Below, piece by piece: positions 29,073 through 38,016 of a stretch of DNA of 59,391 bases; positions within the stretch are counted from its first letter, which is position 1; each line of letters starts with the position of its first letter. This stretch comes from a bacterium (GTDB lineage: Bacteria > Verrucomicrobiota > Verrucomicrobiia > Chthoniobacterales > JAFAMB01), in contig JBKPBY010000150.1 in NCBI GenBank assembly GCA_046727075.1, forward strand, positions 1 through 59,391, read 5' to 3'. A program made the translations under genes and the position numbers. The notes below the pieces were generated by a model. That model had not been told where the DNA came from and did no database searches. It was given only the letters and a program-made list of their open reading frames with translations.

Positions 29073-29110
29073 GATGTTGGCACTGACGGCGGTATTGGCA
29101 TGTCGGCGTT
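29073..29110. repeat. Inverted-orientation copy of the 9-bp unit array (GATGTTGGC ACTGACGGC GGTATTGGC ATGTCGGC)
   Basis: The reverse complement reads GCCGACAT GCCAATACC GCCGTCAGT GCCAACATC. It forms the opposing arm to 28936-28989. Confidence 0.7.
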
Positions 29111-29155
29111 GCAGGGCAGTAGACGCGACCCAGTCCGCGCGTTAACCTTTCTCAA

Positions 29156-30724
29156 GTGGAAGCTGTTTATCTAAGCGAAAAACCGGACCCCAACGAAAAG
29201 TTGCGCGATGTACCGCATAAGCCGGGCGTTTATCTGATGAAGGATCGCTTGAATCGGGTGATCTACGTCGGAAAGGCCCGAGATCTGCGTAAGCGGTTAG
29301 CACAATATTTTACGCCATCGCGACGGCTGGTAGCGGATTTGAAAACGCGCGCTTTGTTGGACAGCGTTTGGGATTTCGAAATTCACACGGTGCGAAGTGA
29401 ACCTGAAGCTTTGCTTCTGGAGGGGAAGCTCATCAAAGAATTTCGTCCGAAATACAATGTCAGCTTTCGAGACGACAAACGATTCTTGCTGGTCAAAGTC
29501 AATCTTGCGGACGCCATTCCGCGCTTTCAGCTCACCCGCATCAAGAAAGACGACGGCTGCCGCTATTTTGGTCCTTTTGCCCATTCTGGCGCATTGCGTA
29601 CGACGCTGCGATGGATGAAGAAGAAATGGGGCCTGCGATCTTGTCGTGTATTTGAGCCAAATGAGTTCGATTACAAGCGGTGCATGGATTACATGATCAA
29701 GAATTGCTCAGCACCCTGTATTCGAAAGGTTTCGTTGGAAGAGTATAAGGCGCGGGTTCTCGAGGCGTGCGAATTTCTAGAGGGTCAAAGTCAGGAGTTC
29801 CTCAAGCAGATAGAGCAAGAAATGACAGCGGCGGCGGAGAAACTGCAGTTCGAACGGGCTGCCGAATTGCGGAACGTTTTGGAGGATTTGCGCCGCACAA
29901 CGAAACCGGTTCGCCGTTTCACCCGAGGCTCCCTGCCGACCACGGTTAATCCCGAGGCCGATTTGCAAATGTTGTCAGATGCGTTGCTCCTTCCAGGGCC
30001 GCCTACGGTTATGGAATGCTTCGACATCTCCAACATCTCCACAACGCATGTCGTCGCCTCCATGGTCTCTTTCCGCAATGGCGTCCCGGATAAAGCGAAC
30101 TACCGGCGTTACCGGATACGGACGGTAGAAGGGCAGGACGATTTCGCCAGTATGGCGGAAGTGGTTCGGCGCAGGTACTCGCGTATTCTGCTCGACAACC
30201 GCCGGGCTGCACCGGAGATAGCGGAATTCAGTCAGGAGAATCCGAACGACGCGGTTCGTCGAATGGGACAACAAAGTTCTGAACGGTTTGTGCGTTTGCC
30301 TGATCTGATCATTGTGGATGGCGGGAAAGGCCAGTTGAGCGCCGCCTGCAAGGAACTGCAACGGCTCGGCCTTCACGAAGTGCCAATTATCGGGCTGGCA
30401 AAAGAGTTTGAAGAGATATACCGGCCCGGACGCGCTCTGCCTTTGCAGTTGCCGAAAGATTCCGGTGCACTTCAAATTCTCCAGCGAATTCGTGATGAGG
30501 CACATCGATTTGCCAATGGGTATCATCAACTGCTGATGAAAAAGCGAATCGCCGAGAGTGTACTCGACGATTGCCCCGGCGTGAGTGAGAGCCGCAAACA
30601 GGCGCTTTTGAAGCGTTTCGGCTCAGTGGATCGCCTGCGCAAAGCATCGGTGGAAGAGATTGGCAAGGTAGAGGGGATTGGCGAAAAGCTCGCGGAGACG
30701 ATTAAGGGCTTCCTCAATCGGTAG
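29156..30724 (+). CDS. uvrC: Excinuclease ABC subunit C
   Basis: 522 aa. GIY-YIG (GVYLMKDRLNRVIYVGKARDLRKRLAQYF), UVR domain (QFERAAELRNVLEDL) and C-terminal HhH (VEGIGEKLAETI). GTG start. Confidence 0.9.
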   Translation: MEAVYLSEKPDPNEKLRDVPHKPGVYLMKDRLNRVIYVGKARDLRKRLAQYFTPSRRLVADLKTRALLDSVWDFEIHTVRSEPEALLLEGKLIKEFRPKYNVSFRDDKRFLLVKVNLADAIPRFQLTRIKKDDGCRYFGPFAHSGALRTTLRWMKKKWGLRSCRVFEPNEFDYKRCMDYMIKNCSAPCIRKVSLEEYKARVLEACEFLEGQSQEFLKQIEQEMTAAAEKLQFERAAELRNVLEDLRRTTKPVRRFTRGSLPTTVNPEADLQMLSDALLLPGPPTVMECFDISNISTTHVVASMVSFRNGVPDKANYRRYRIRTVEGQDDFASMAEVVRRRYSRILLDNRRAAPEIAEFSQENPNDAVRRMGQQSSERFVRLPDLIIVDGGKGQLSAACKELQRLGLHEVPIIGLAKEFEEIYRPGRALPLQLPKDSGALQILQRIRDEAHRFANGYHQLLMKKRIAESVLDDCPGVSESRKQALLKRFGSVDRLRKASVEEIGKVEGIGEKLAETIKGFLNR

Positions 30725-30725
30725 C

Positions 30726-30775
30726 GGGGACAACACGCCAAGGCGGAAAGAAGGATCTCACGCCAAGACGCAAAG
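30726..30775 (+). repeat. Left terminal inverted repeat GGGGACAACACGCCAAGGCGGAAAGAAGGATCTCACGCCAAGACGCAAAG
   Basis: Manual alignment to the reverse complement of 31610-31659. Confidence 0.8.
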
Positions 30776-30860
30776 ACTTACCGCTATCGCCGCCTACAAA
30801 ATCTTCCGATGCGGCAAGGGGATAGAAAAACTCCCCGGCATCTTAGAGCGTTCGCAGCAA

Positions 30861-31388
30861 ATGATCGTCGAGTTCTTAGCAGTAGTCCAAGCGGCTCACC
30901 TGAGTTTCCTGCCTGCAGAGCAACTCGATTCTTTGCCGATGCCGACCTACAGGGGCCAACAACGCTTGGCCGGAGTCGACATCCAAAAACCCCGAATGCG
31001 TGCAGTAGCCCAAGCGCTCATCGCACTGGCCCCTCAGCCCGGAGGCTTTACGGCTGAACAACTGGCCGCTCGCGTGCTAGCCCAACATGGCCGAAGCATG
31101 GCCAAATATAATCCGCGCAAGGCCGCCTACGACTTGCGCAAGTTCCGTGGAAAAACTCTCGTGCAGCGCATCGCTAATAGCCGCCGCTATCGAGTTCGAC
31201 GGCTCGGTATCAGAACCATCGCTGCGCTGCTTATCCTCAGAGAAAACGTCCTCAAGCCCCTGCTGGCGGGAGTCGCTCGCCCCAAGCGCGGCCGCCCGCC
31301 CAAGAATATCCATCCTCTAGACCTTCATTACCAATCCCTTCAACGCCAAATGCTCTCTACACTCCAATACCTAAAGCTCGCCGCTTGA
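30861..31388 (+). pseudogene. Internal ORF of the TIR element; likely C-terminal fragment of an IS-associated protein
   Basis: 175 aa from the first ATG. The reading frame stays open upstream through the TIR into uvrC, which suggests a truncated 5' part. The segment AAYDLRKFRGKTLVQRIANSRRYRVRRLGIRTIAALLILRENVLKPLLAG looks like a winged-helix-like module I associate, from memory, with IS-linked proteins. The family is not identified. Confidence 0.4.
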
Positions 31389-31609
31389 TGCCGCTCCTCT
31401 TCTCGACCAACATGTTGGTCTTAGTTGCTCGATACCTGGGCAAAGGTTTAGGAGGGTTTGGAAGGAGACCTTGTGTTGTAAACTGCGAGCCCGTGGGCAA
31501 TCCATCCAGTGGACCTCGGCTCAACAAGCTTCGCCCTACTAACCTCATGCACGGCCTAGAACCAGGCGCCGCTGACAAAAGAAATTAAGCTCCTCCTCTA
31601 ATCTAAAAC

Positions 31610-31659
31610 CTTTGCGTCTTGGCGCGAGATTCTCCTTACTGTCTTGGCGTGATGTCCCC
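31610..31659 (-). repeat. Right terminal inverted repeat (reverse complement GGGGACATCACGCCAAGACAGTAAGGAGAATCTCGCGCCAAGACGCAAAG)
   Basis: Manual alignment to 30726-30775. Confidence 0.8.
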
Positions 31660-31707
31660 TTTTCCACAAACTGCTTGCGTTGCTTTGATGCTGTGGTAGC
31701 CACCTCC

Positions 31708-33540
31708 ATGGGTTATCGGCTCATAGCGGGCAGTTGTTTGATCGCGATTGCGTTGGCTCCAAGAGCGAATTCGCAAGAGACCGCCATTAAACCGAGCTGG
31801 GAAACGCAGCGACAAGCTGCAACCTATGTGCTTTCGATTCCTGCGCCCCGAGGGCAGATCGCTGATCGAAGCGGCGTTCCACTCGCTCAGACAAGAGTCA
31901 GCTATAATTTGAGCATCGTATTTTCTACGCCGCTCGATTTTTCGGATCGACAGATTACCGACTTCGTAAATCGCCAAGTGACTATTGCCCGTGGACTGAC
32001 CAAACGCCCGATTGATTTTTCGGTCGAGGCCGCGATTCAACACTACCGGAATCGAGGGGTTATACCGTTTGATATTGCTACCGATGTTCCTCAGGAAGAG
32101 GTGACTAAACTTCAAGGGAAGCTCCCGAATGGACTGGTTTTGCGCCCGACCTACACGCGTACCTATCCGCAAGGTCACGTTGCCGGACATGTAGTCGGGT
32201 ACACCGGGCGCCTTGGAAGAGGCAGCACCCGAGTTCTGCAGAACAACGAGCCGCTCTGGCCCGATAGCGAAGGCCGGGAAGGATTGGAGCAGACTTTTGA
32301 CGATCAGTTACGTGGTAAGGCGGGGCAATTGACTCTGACCTTCGATAAGGACGGGAATAAAACGGGAGACAGGATCTCTGCGCCCCCGGAACCGGGATAT
32401 AACCTGGTAACCACGATTGACCTCGATCTTCAGAAGGAAGCCGAGCGGATCCTCCAGAAAAGGGCGAAACGCGGCGCGATGGTCGTGATCGACCCGAACA
32501 CGGGCGAGATTCTAGCACTGGCCTCCTGGCCAACGATTAATCCGAACGATTTCGTGCCAGCGATTTCGCAGGAAAAATTGGCGAAAATACAAAGCGACCC
32601 AAATATTCCGATGCTGCCTCGCGCGTATCGGTCCGCCTATCCTGCGGGCTCGACATTCAAGGTATTTGTTGGAGTCGCTGCATTCGAGACTCACACGATT
32701 GACCCTACTGATGAATTCGATTGTCCGGCCGCGTTGCAGATCGGGGACCGAGTATTTCACAATTGGAAAAAGACGGAAGGCGGAGATCTGAATTTTCGAC
32801 AGGCGCTGGCTCGTTCCTGTGACACCTGGTTTTATCGGGTAGGCCAGAAGTTGGGTGCACCGGCCATGGTTAATTGGGCGATCCGGCTCGGGCTGGGCAA
32901 GCGGACCGGCATTCTTCTGAATGGCGAAGCAGAAGGCAGAATTCCTACGGAAGATTACATGCAGCAGACATACCATCGCCATTTTATGGGTGGCGACCTT
33001 GCCAACTTCGCGATCGGACAAGGAGATATACTTGTTTCGCCGCTACAAATGGCACAAGCCATGGCCGCAATCGCGAACGGCGGTATTTTGTACCAGAGCC
33101 GCATCGTGCGTCAGGTGCAGACACTCAACAACGAGGTTGTTTATACCTACAGCCCGCGAGCAAAAGCGATTTTGCACCTTGGCCCGGTGACCATGGAAGA
33201 ATTGCGGCGCGGTATGACCGCTGTGGTCAATGATGGAACCGGTGGAGAGGCGGCGGTTAAAGGCGTCAAGGTCGCTGGTAAAACAGGTACCGCGCAATGG
33301 GGGCCTAAAACCAAAGAGCGAACTGCTGCCTGGTTTGCCGGTTTCGCGCCGGCTGATAAACCACAGTACGCCTTTGCAGCGCTTTATGAGGGAGCGCCTG
33401 GAGAAAAAGCGCATGGGGGAGAAGTCGCGGCCCCGATGATTGGCGAACTTCTACGGGGCATGTTCGGCGACGAATCTAAGAAGGGCAAAAACGAATCTGA
33501 GGAGTCGGACGAGGATTCGATGCAGGATGAAAGTGACTAG
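31708..33540 (+). CDS. mrdA: Penicillin-binding protein 2 (elongasome transpeptidase)
   Basis: N-terminal anchor, transpeptidase motifs STFK (AGSTFKV) and KTGT (AGKTGTAQ), and an acidic C-terminal tail. Start ATG 31708. The track ORF start 31612 lies inside the right TIR. Confidence 0.88.
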   Translation: MGYRLIAGSCLIAIALAPRANSQETAIKPSWETQRQAATYVLSIPAPRGQIADRSGVPLAQTRVSYNLSIVFSTPLDFSDRQITDFVNRQVTIARGLTKRPIDFSVEAAIQHYRNRGVIPFDIATDVPQEEVTKLQGKLPNGLVLRPTYTRTYPQGHVAGHVVGYTGRLGRGSTRVLQNNEPLWPDSEGREGLEQTFDDQLRGKAGQLTLTFDKDGNKTGDRISAPPEPGYNLVTTIDLDLQKEAERILQKRAKRGAMVVIDPNTGEILALASWPTINPNDFVPAISQEKLAKIQSDPNIPMLPRAYRSAYPAGSTFKVFVGVAAFETHTIDPTDEFDCPAALQIGDRVFHNWKKTEGGDLNFRQALARSCDTWFYRVGQKLGAPAMVNWAIRLGLGKRTGILLNGEAEGRIPTEDYMQQTYHRHFMGGDLANFAIGQGDILVSPLQMAQAMAAIANGGILYQSRIVRQVQTLNNEVVYTYSPRAKAILHLGPVTMEELRRGMTAVVNDGTGGEAAVKGVKVAGKTGTAQWGPKTKERTAAWFAGFAPADKPQYAFAALYEGAPGEKAHGGEVAAPMIGELLRGMFGDESKKGKNESEESDEDSMQDESD

Positions 33541-33547
33541 GGGAGGG

Positions 33548-33575
33548 AATACAGGATACAGAATACAGAATACAG
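33548..33575. repeat. Four tandem heptamers RATACAG (AATACAG GATACAG AATACAG AATACAG)
   Basis: Read directly from the sequence. ACAGAATACAG pairs with CTGTATTCTGT at 33602-33612. Confidence 0.8.
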
Positions 33576-33675
33576 AAGTGACGAACGAGCGAAGCGCCCT
33601 CCTGTATTCTGTCTCCTGTCTCCTAACAAAAAGGGGTTGCAGCCTCTTGGCTTTGCGTTGAGGCTGGCCGGAAGT

Positions 33676-34584
33676 ATGAAGAAATGGATCGCCCTCGCAG
33701 CCCTTTGGATATCATCTGCTCTAGTTGTCTGTGCGCAGGACAACAACTCGAACTCTGCTCCAGCCGCTCAGGCTGCCAGCCCCTCTGCGAGTGCTGCCCC
33801 AACGACCGGTTCCGCCTTTAAAGATGACAAGGACAAGGTCAGTTACAGCATCGGCGTCGACATCGGTCGGACACTTCAAAGACTTCAATTGGAGCTGAAT
33901 CAAGGAACGCTCACCCAAGGCATCACTGATGTGCTTAGCAACAAGCCAATTGCCATGAGCGATCAAGAGTTGCAGGCGACGCTTCAGGCTTTCCAGAAGC
34001 AGCTGATGGAAAAGCAGCAGGCCGCGATGAATAAAAAACAGCAGGAAATGAAGGCTGTCGCAGAAAAGAACAAGGCGGACGGCAAGAAGTTTCTGGACGA
34101 GAACAGCAAGAAAGAAGGAGTAAAAACAACAGCAAGCGGACTGCAGTACAAGGTTATTAAGGAAGGAAGCGGAGATAAGCCGAAGGACAGTGATTTTGTG
34201 GAGACAAACTATCGCGGTACTACTATCGACGGAAAAGAGTTCGATAGCTCAGCCAAGAATGGCGGTCCGGTTAGTTTCCCGGTCAACGGAGTTATTAAGG
34301 GATGGTCCGAGGCCCTTAAGATGATGCCGGTTGGTTCGAAATGGCAGCTCTATGTCCCGGCGGATCTAGCTTATGGCGACGAAGGCGCCGGAGAAGATAT
34401 CGCTCCAGGATCGACTTTGGTTTTTGATGTAGAGCTTCTCAATATCAAGAAAGATACCGAGAAGCCCGGTGCGGGATCAGACCAAGGCGCTGGAGCGGCT
34501 ACTCAAACAAAGAGCGCCGATAAAAAGGCTGGCGACGCAAAGGCGAGTTCCAAGCCGAGCGCATCAACTTCCAAGCCACAATAA
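33676..34584 (+). CDS. FKBP-type peptidyl-prolyl isomerase, FkpA/Mip-like
   Basis: Signal peptide MKKWIALAALWISSALVVCA, helical dimerisation region, FKBP domain (YRGTTIDGKEFDSS, GVIKGWSEAL, LVFDVELL) and a low-complexity tail. Confidence 0.85.
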   Translation: MKKWIALAALWISSALVVCAQDNNSNSAPAAQAASPSASAAPTTGSAFKDDKDKVSYSIGVDIGRTLQRLQLELNQGTLTQGITDVLSNKPIAMSDQELQATLQAFQKQLMEKQQAAMNKKQQEMKAVAEKNKADGKKFLDENSKKEGVKTTASGLQYKVIKEGSGDKPKDSDFVETNYRGTTIDGKEFDSSAKNGGPVSFPVNGVIKGWSEALKMMPVGSKWQLYVPADLAYGDEGAGEDIAPGSTLVFDVELLNIKKDTEKPGAGSDQGAGAATQTKSADKKAGDAKASSKPSASTSKPQ

Positions 34585-34585
34585 A

Positions 34586-34602
34586 CCGCGCCTTCAGCGC
34601 GG
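34586..34602 (+). terminator. Hairpin CCGCGC-CTTCA-GCGCGG 2 nt after the FKBP stop
   Basis: 6-bp GC stem read directly from the sequence. Confidence 0.35.
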
Positions 34603-34648
34603 CGGTCGACCGTCTAGCGTCCCCCATCGACGGTCTGCCGTTCCGTTC

Positions 34649-34676
34649 GGCGTTTGGCGTTTGGCGTTTGGCGTTT
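34649..34676. repeat. Four tandem heptamers GGCGTTT
   Basis: Read directly from the sequence. Together with the following CGCG it forms the left arm of a 22-bp stem (2 mismatches) that pairs with 34851-34872. Confidence 0.8.
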
Positions 34677-34945
34677 CGCGCCCGTGGCAATCCATCGGCG
34701 GTAGCGTCGCGCTTCTGCGCGACCTGTTGGGACCAACACACGCACGAGGCCGAGCCGCGCCCGCATTCGCCATAGACGGAAGCGTTACGGGCGCGGTAAA
34801 GCTCGGCCCTGCCGATCATATCATCTGGATTAGTTGTTGAAGCGTCTGTTCGCGAAAAGCCAAACGCGAAACAGCAATGGTCGACGGTTAGTGGTCGACC
34901 GTGGACGGTTAACCCCTGAAAGCTTTCGGGGCTGTAAGCGCGGTT

Positions 34946-36703
34946 TCAGGTGTTCCGGATATGCCGTTCTCTCAGCTGCTTGTCCGGGACGAGGCTGGGT
35001 GAATCCATCATTAGATCCTGACCCCGGCTGTTTTTCGGAAAAGCAATGACGTCGCGGATGTTGGATGTCCTGGCGATCAGCATTACCAGCCGATCTATTC
35101 CGAGGGCAATCCCGCCATGTGGCGGCGCTCCATAAGTAAAGGCCTTGAGCAGATGCCCGAAGAGGCGTTGCTGTTGTTCCGGGTTAATCCCCAACACTTG
35201 AAACAGCTTGGCCTGAAGATCTTGCTCATGGATTCTGATGCTCCCGCCTCCGATTTCTACCCCGTTTAACACGACGTCGTATGCCTCGGCGCGTACTTTG
35301 CCGAGCTCACCTGCCTCGAGCAAACTGATGTCTTCTGACTTCGGGCGAGTAAACGGATGATGCATCGCGTTCCATTTCTGCTCGGCCGGATCGAAGGCCA
35401 GGAGTGGAAAATCGGTTACCCACAAAAACTTCAAATCTTTCGAATCTCGAACAAGCTCGCGCACTTCTGCCACCTTTAAGCGAATGCGTCCGAGAACTGT
35501 GCAAGCGGTTTCCCATGTGTCCGCTCCGAACAAAATCAGGTCGCCCTCTTCGATCTGTAGTCTTGAAGCCAGCGCTCTCTTTTCCTCATCCGAGAAGAAC
35601 TTAACGAAAGGCGATTTCCATTCGCCGTTTTCGACTTTGATGAACGCGAGGCCTTTGGCTCCAGACATTTTTGCCAGATTAGTCAGATCTTCAATTTGAC
35701 CGGTAGTGATACCTGCAAACTTCCTGGCGTTGAGTGCCTTGACTACGCCACCGGATTCCAGAGCAGAGCGAAAAACCTTGAATTGCGAATTCCTGAAGAC
35801 GTCTGCGAGGTCTACCAACTCCATCCCAAACCGGAGGTCCGGCTTGTCGGAACCGAAACGGTCCATAGCCTCTCGATAGGTCATTCGCAGAAAAGGAGTC
35901 TCAACATCTACCCCACCGGTCTCGCGGAAGATTTCCTTCATGAGCCCCTCAACCAGAGTGAGGACGTCGTCCTTCTCTACAAAAGAAGCCTCGAGGTCTA
36001 TCTGCGTCAGTTCAGTGATTCGATCTGCTCTTGGGTCCTCATCGCGGAAGCATTTGGCGATTTGGAAATACTTTTCGATACCCCCAACCATCAGCAGCTG
36101 TTTGTACTGCTGCGGGGATTGCGAGAGCGCGTAGAAATGGTTTGCAATTAATCGGCTTGGCACCAGAAATTCGCGCGCGCCTTCCGGAGTGCTCTTGGAA
36201 AGAATCGGTGTTTCAATCTCGAGATAGCCGTTCCGGCCAAGATATTCTCGGGTCATCTTAGTCACCAAGTGACGAATTTTCAAATTGCGCACGAGCGCTG
36301 GTCTACGGAGGTCCAGATAACGGTAGGTAAGGCGCAGGTCTTCGTTACCAACTTCTGTATCGAGTGGGAACGGCAGCACCGCGGACCGGTTGAGGACGGC
36401 GAGTGAAGTCGCGACGACTTCGATGTCGCCGGTCGCAATTTTTGAATTGCGTGTTCCTTCCAGCCGGGCCGCTACTTGGCCCTTTACCTGCACCACATCT
36501 TCGCTTCGCAATGTGTGGGCGGTCGCTGATACCTCCGGGAATTCCTCCGGGCGGAAAACTACCTGGGTCAGTCCCTCGCGATCTCGGAGATCAATAAAGA
36601 TCACACCGCCATGGTCCCGTCGCGAATCTACCCAACCGGAAAGAAGAACTTCCTTGCCGATATCGGAGACTCTCAGTTGGTTGCAGTGATGTGTTCGATA
36701 CAT
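34946..36703 (-). CDS. aspS: Aspartate--tRNA ligase
   Basis: MYRTHHCNQLR N-terminus, FRDEDPRADR, GGGSIRIH and class II motif 3. Start ATG 36703. The track ORF extends to 36796, overlapping hisS. Confidence 0.93.
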   Translation of the reverse strand: MYRTHHCNQLRVSDIGKEVLLSGWVDSRRDHGGVIFIDLRDREGLTQVVFRPEEFPEVSATAHTLRSEDVVQVKGQVAARLEGTRNSKIATGDIEVVATSLAVLNRSAVLPFPLDTEVGNEDLRLTYRYLDLRRPALVRNLKIRHLVTKMTREYLGRNGYLEIETPILSKSTPEGAREFLVPSRLIANHFYALSQSPQQYKQLLMVGGIEKYFQIAKCFRDEDPRADRITELTQIDLEASFVEKDDVLTLVEGLMKEIFRETGGVDVETPFLRMTYREAMDRFGSDKPDLRFGMELVDLADVFRNSQFKVFRSALESGGVVKALNARKFAGITTGQIEDLTNLAKMSGAKGLAFIKVENGEWKSPFVKFFSDEEKRALASRLQIEEGDLILFGADTWETACTVLGRIRLKVAEVRELVRDSKDLKFLWVTDFPLLAFDPAEQKWNAMHHPFTRPKSEDISLLEAGELGKVRAEAYDVVLNGVEIGGGSIRIHEQDLQAKLFQVLGINPEQQQRLFGHLLKAFTYGAPPHGGIALGIDRLVMLIARTSNIRDVIAFPKNSRGQDLMMDSPSLVPDKQLRERHIRNT

Positions 36704-36705
36704 GA

Positions 36706-37947
36706 TTAGGATTGCGAGATGCGAGCCGGCAGCTCGTCCTTGGATATGACTTCTTCGGTACGATTCGCGAGATTCTTGACAGTGATCTTCGGCCATTCCT
36801 GCCCTATCACCAGGGCGTATTCAGCGCCAAGGCTCTCCGCCAATTGAAACTGTTTGCCGACCTTTGCGGGATGAAACGAATAGTCAGCCGTCAATCCGGT
36901 AGCTCGCAGGCTGTGAGCCAGCTGTAGCGCTGCCGGTCGGAAACGTTCGTCAGCAATGACTAGAAAAGCCTTCAGCCGGCTGCGCAGTGCCTCCTCCATT
37001 GGCGCACGCGAATGATCCAGTTCGCGAACCAGGTTACCAAAGGTTACATCTCCGATCGCGAATCCGGTGGCAGGTAAGTCGACTGCTCCGTCGCTGATCA
37101 ACTCGATGAGATGATCGTAGCGTCCACCGCCGCACAGGGCCCGGTTCTCTTTCTTTCGATCGAAAACTTCGAATACCCAACCAGTGTAGTAGTCGAGCCC
37201 ACGCACAATAGTTAAATCGAGCTGTACGAAAGGCTCTAGATCGCGCCATTTGAGCTCTTGCAATAGCGAGCCGAACCCTGGAATCGATTCGGCTGGAGTC
37301 CGCAAGAAGTCTCGGACTTGGTCCAGCGTGATGCCGAAGGCTCCAAGTTTTCTTGCGGTGATGTCTGGATCTTCGCGTTCAAGTTTGTCGATGATCGCCA
37401 GGAACTCAGGCAGCCGCTCGTCCGGTTGGTGATGTTTTTTGAGAAAATCCGCCCAAAGATCCCGATTGTTCAGGCGAACAAAAAAGTCTTCTTGGGTGAA
37501 ACCAAACGCCTGGTGCAAGGCAACCGCCAGCGCGATCAGCTCTGCGTCTGCCGCAGGAGATGGGTCCCCAATAATGTCGCAATTGATCTGATAAAACTCT
37601 CGGAGCCGGCCTTTTTGCGGTTTCTCAAAGCGGAAAAACGGCGCAATACTGAACCATTTAAGTGGCTTTTTGAATTCACGCTCCCGAGCCGCAACCAGCC
37701 GAGCCAATGTCGGTGTCATCTCCGGCCTGAGACAAACGTCGCGATCGCCCTGATCGATAAAGCGGAATAATTGAGCCTTCAGTTCGTCGCCGCTCTTCTT
37801 TTTGTAAAGCTCGGTCGGCTCGAGCATCGGTCCATCATATTCCTGAAATCCAAAGGAACGCGCGACTCGGCGCCACGTTTGGAAAATGTAATCCCGAAAC
37901 GCGCACTCTTCCGGGTAAAAATCGCGAAAGCCTGGAAGCCGTTGCAT
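36706..37947 (-). CDS. hisS: Histidine--tRNA ligase
   Basis: MQRLPGFRDFYPEE, LRPEMTP, GGGRYD. Start ATG 37947. Confidence 0.92.
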   Translation of the reverse strand: MQRLPGFRDFYPEECAFRDYIFQTWRRVARSFGFQEYDGPMLEPTELYKKKSGDELKAQLFRFIDQGDRDVCLRPEMTPTLARLVAAREREFKKPLKWFSIAPFFRFEKPQKGRLREFYQINCDIIGDPSPAADAELIALAVALHQAFGFTQEDFFVRLNNRDLWADFLKKHHQPDERLPEFLAIIDKLEREDPDITARKLGAFGITLDQVRDFLRTPAESIPGFGSLLQELKWRDLEPFVQLDLTIVRGLDYYTGWVFEVFDRKKENRALCGGGRYDHLIELISDGAVDLPATGFAIGDVTFGNLVRELDHSRAPMEEALRSRLKAFLVIADERFRPAALQLAHSLRATGLTADYSFHPAKVGKQFQLAESLGAEYALVIGQEWPKITVKNLANRTEEVISKDELPARISQS

Positions 37948-38016
37948 ACGAAGGAGAGTCGAAAGGATGCATTTAGCCAGAAGATTTGCAAACGCCAGAG
38001 TTTGCAAATTTCGGGC

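Larger units (their letters stand above)
30726..31659. mobile_element. 934-bp element bounded by 50-bp imperfect terminal inverted repeats (probable decayed or non-autonomous IS)
   Basis: 30726-30775 matches the reverse complement of 31610-31659 at 43 of 50 positions. Each repeat contains two CACGCCAAG-type subrepeats. Inserted exactly in the uvrC-mrdA spacer. A related end is present at 59348-59391. Confidence 0.6.

Noticed and set aside
29156-30724. UvrC is short (522 aa versus about 600 in model organisms), which could indicate truncation
   Set aside because: The GIY-YIG, UVR, endonuclease-region and C-terminal HhH motifs are all present in order. The difference seems to lie in linker length, so I do not treat it as anomalous without an alignment.
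30678-30860. The track ORF start at 30678 for the element-internal ORF, which would overlap the uvrC 3' end
   Set aside because: The open frame merely continues upstream through the TIR into uvrC. This is more consistent with a truncated gene lacking its own 5' end than with a real overlapping start.
34469-34840. ORFs 34469-34840 (+) and 34499-34819 (-) in the long fkpA-aspS spacer
   Set aside because: Their translations are Arg/Ala/Gly-rich and run through tandem and inverted repeats. They have no start context or domain signal. The region is better explained as structured non-coding DNA.
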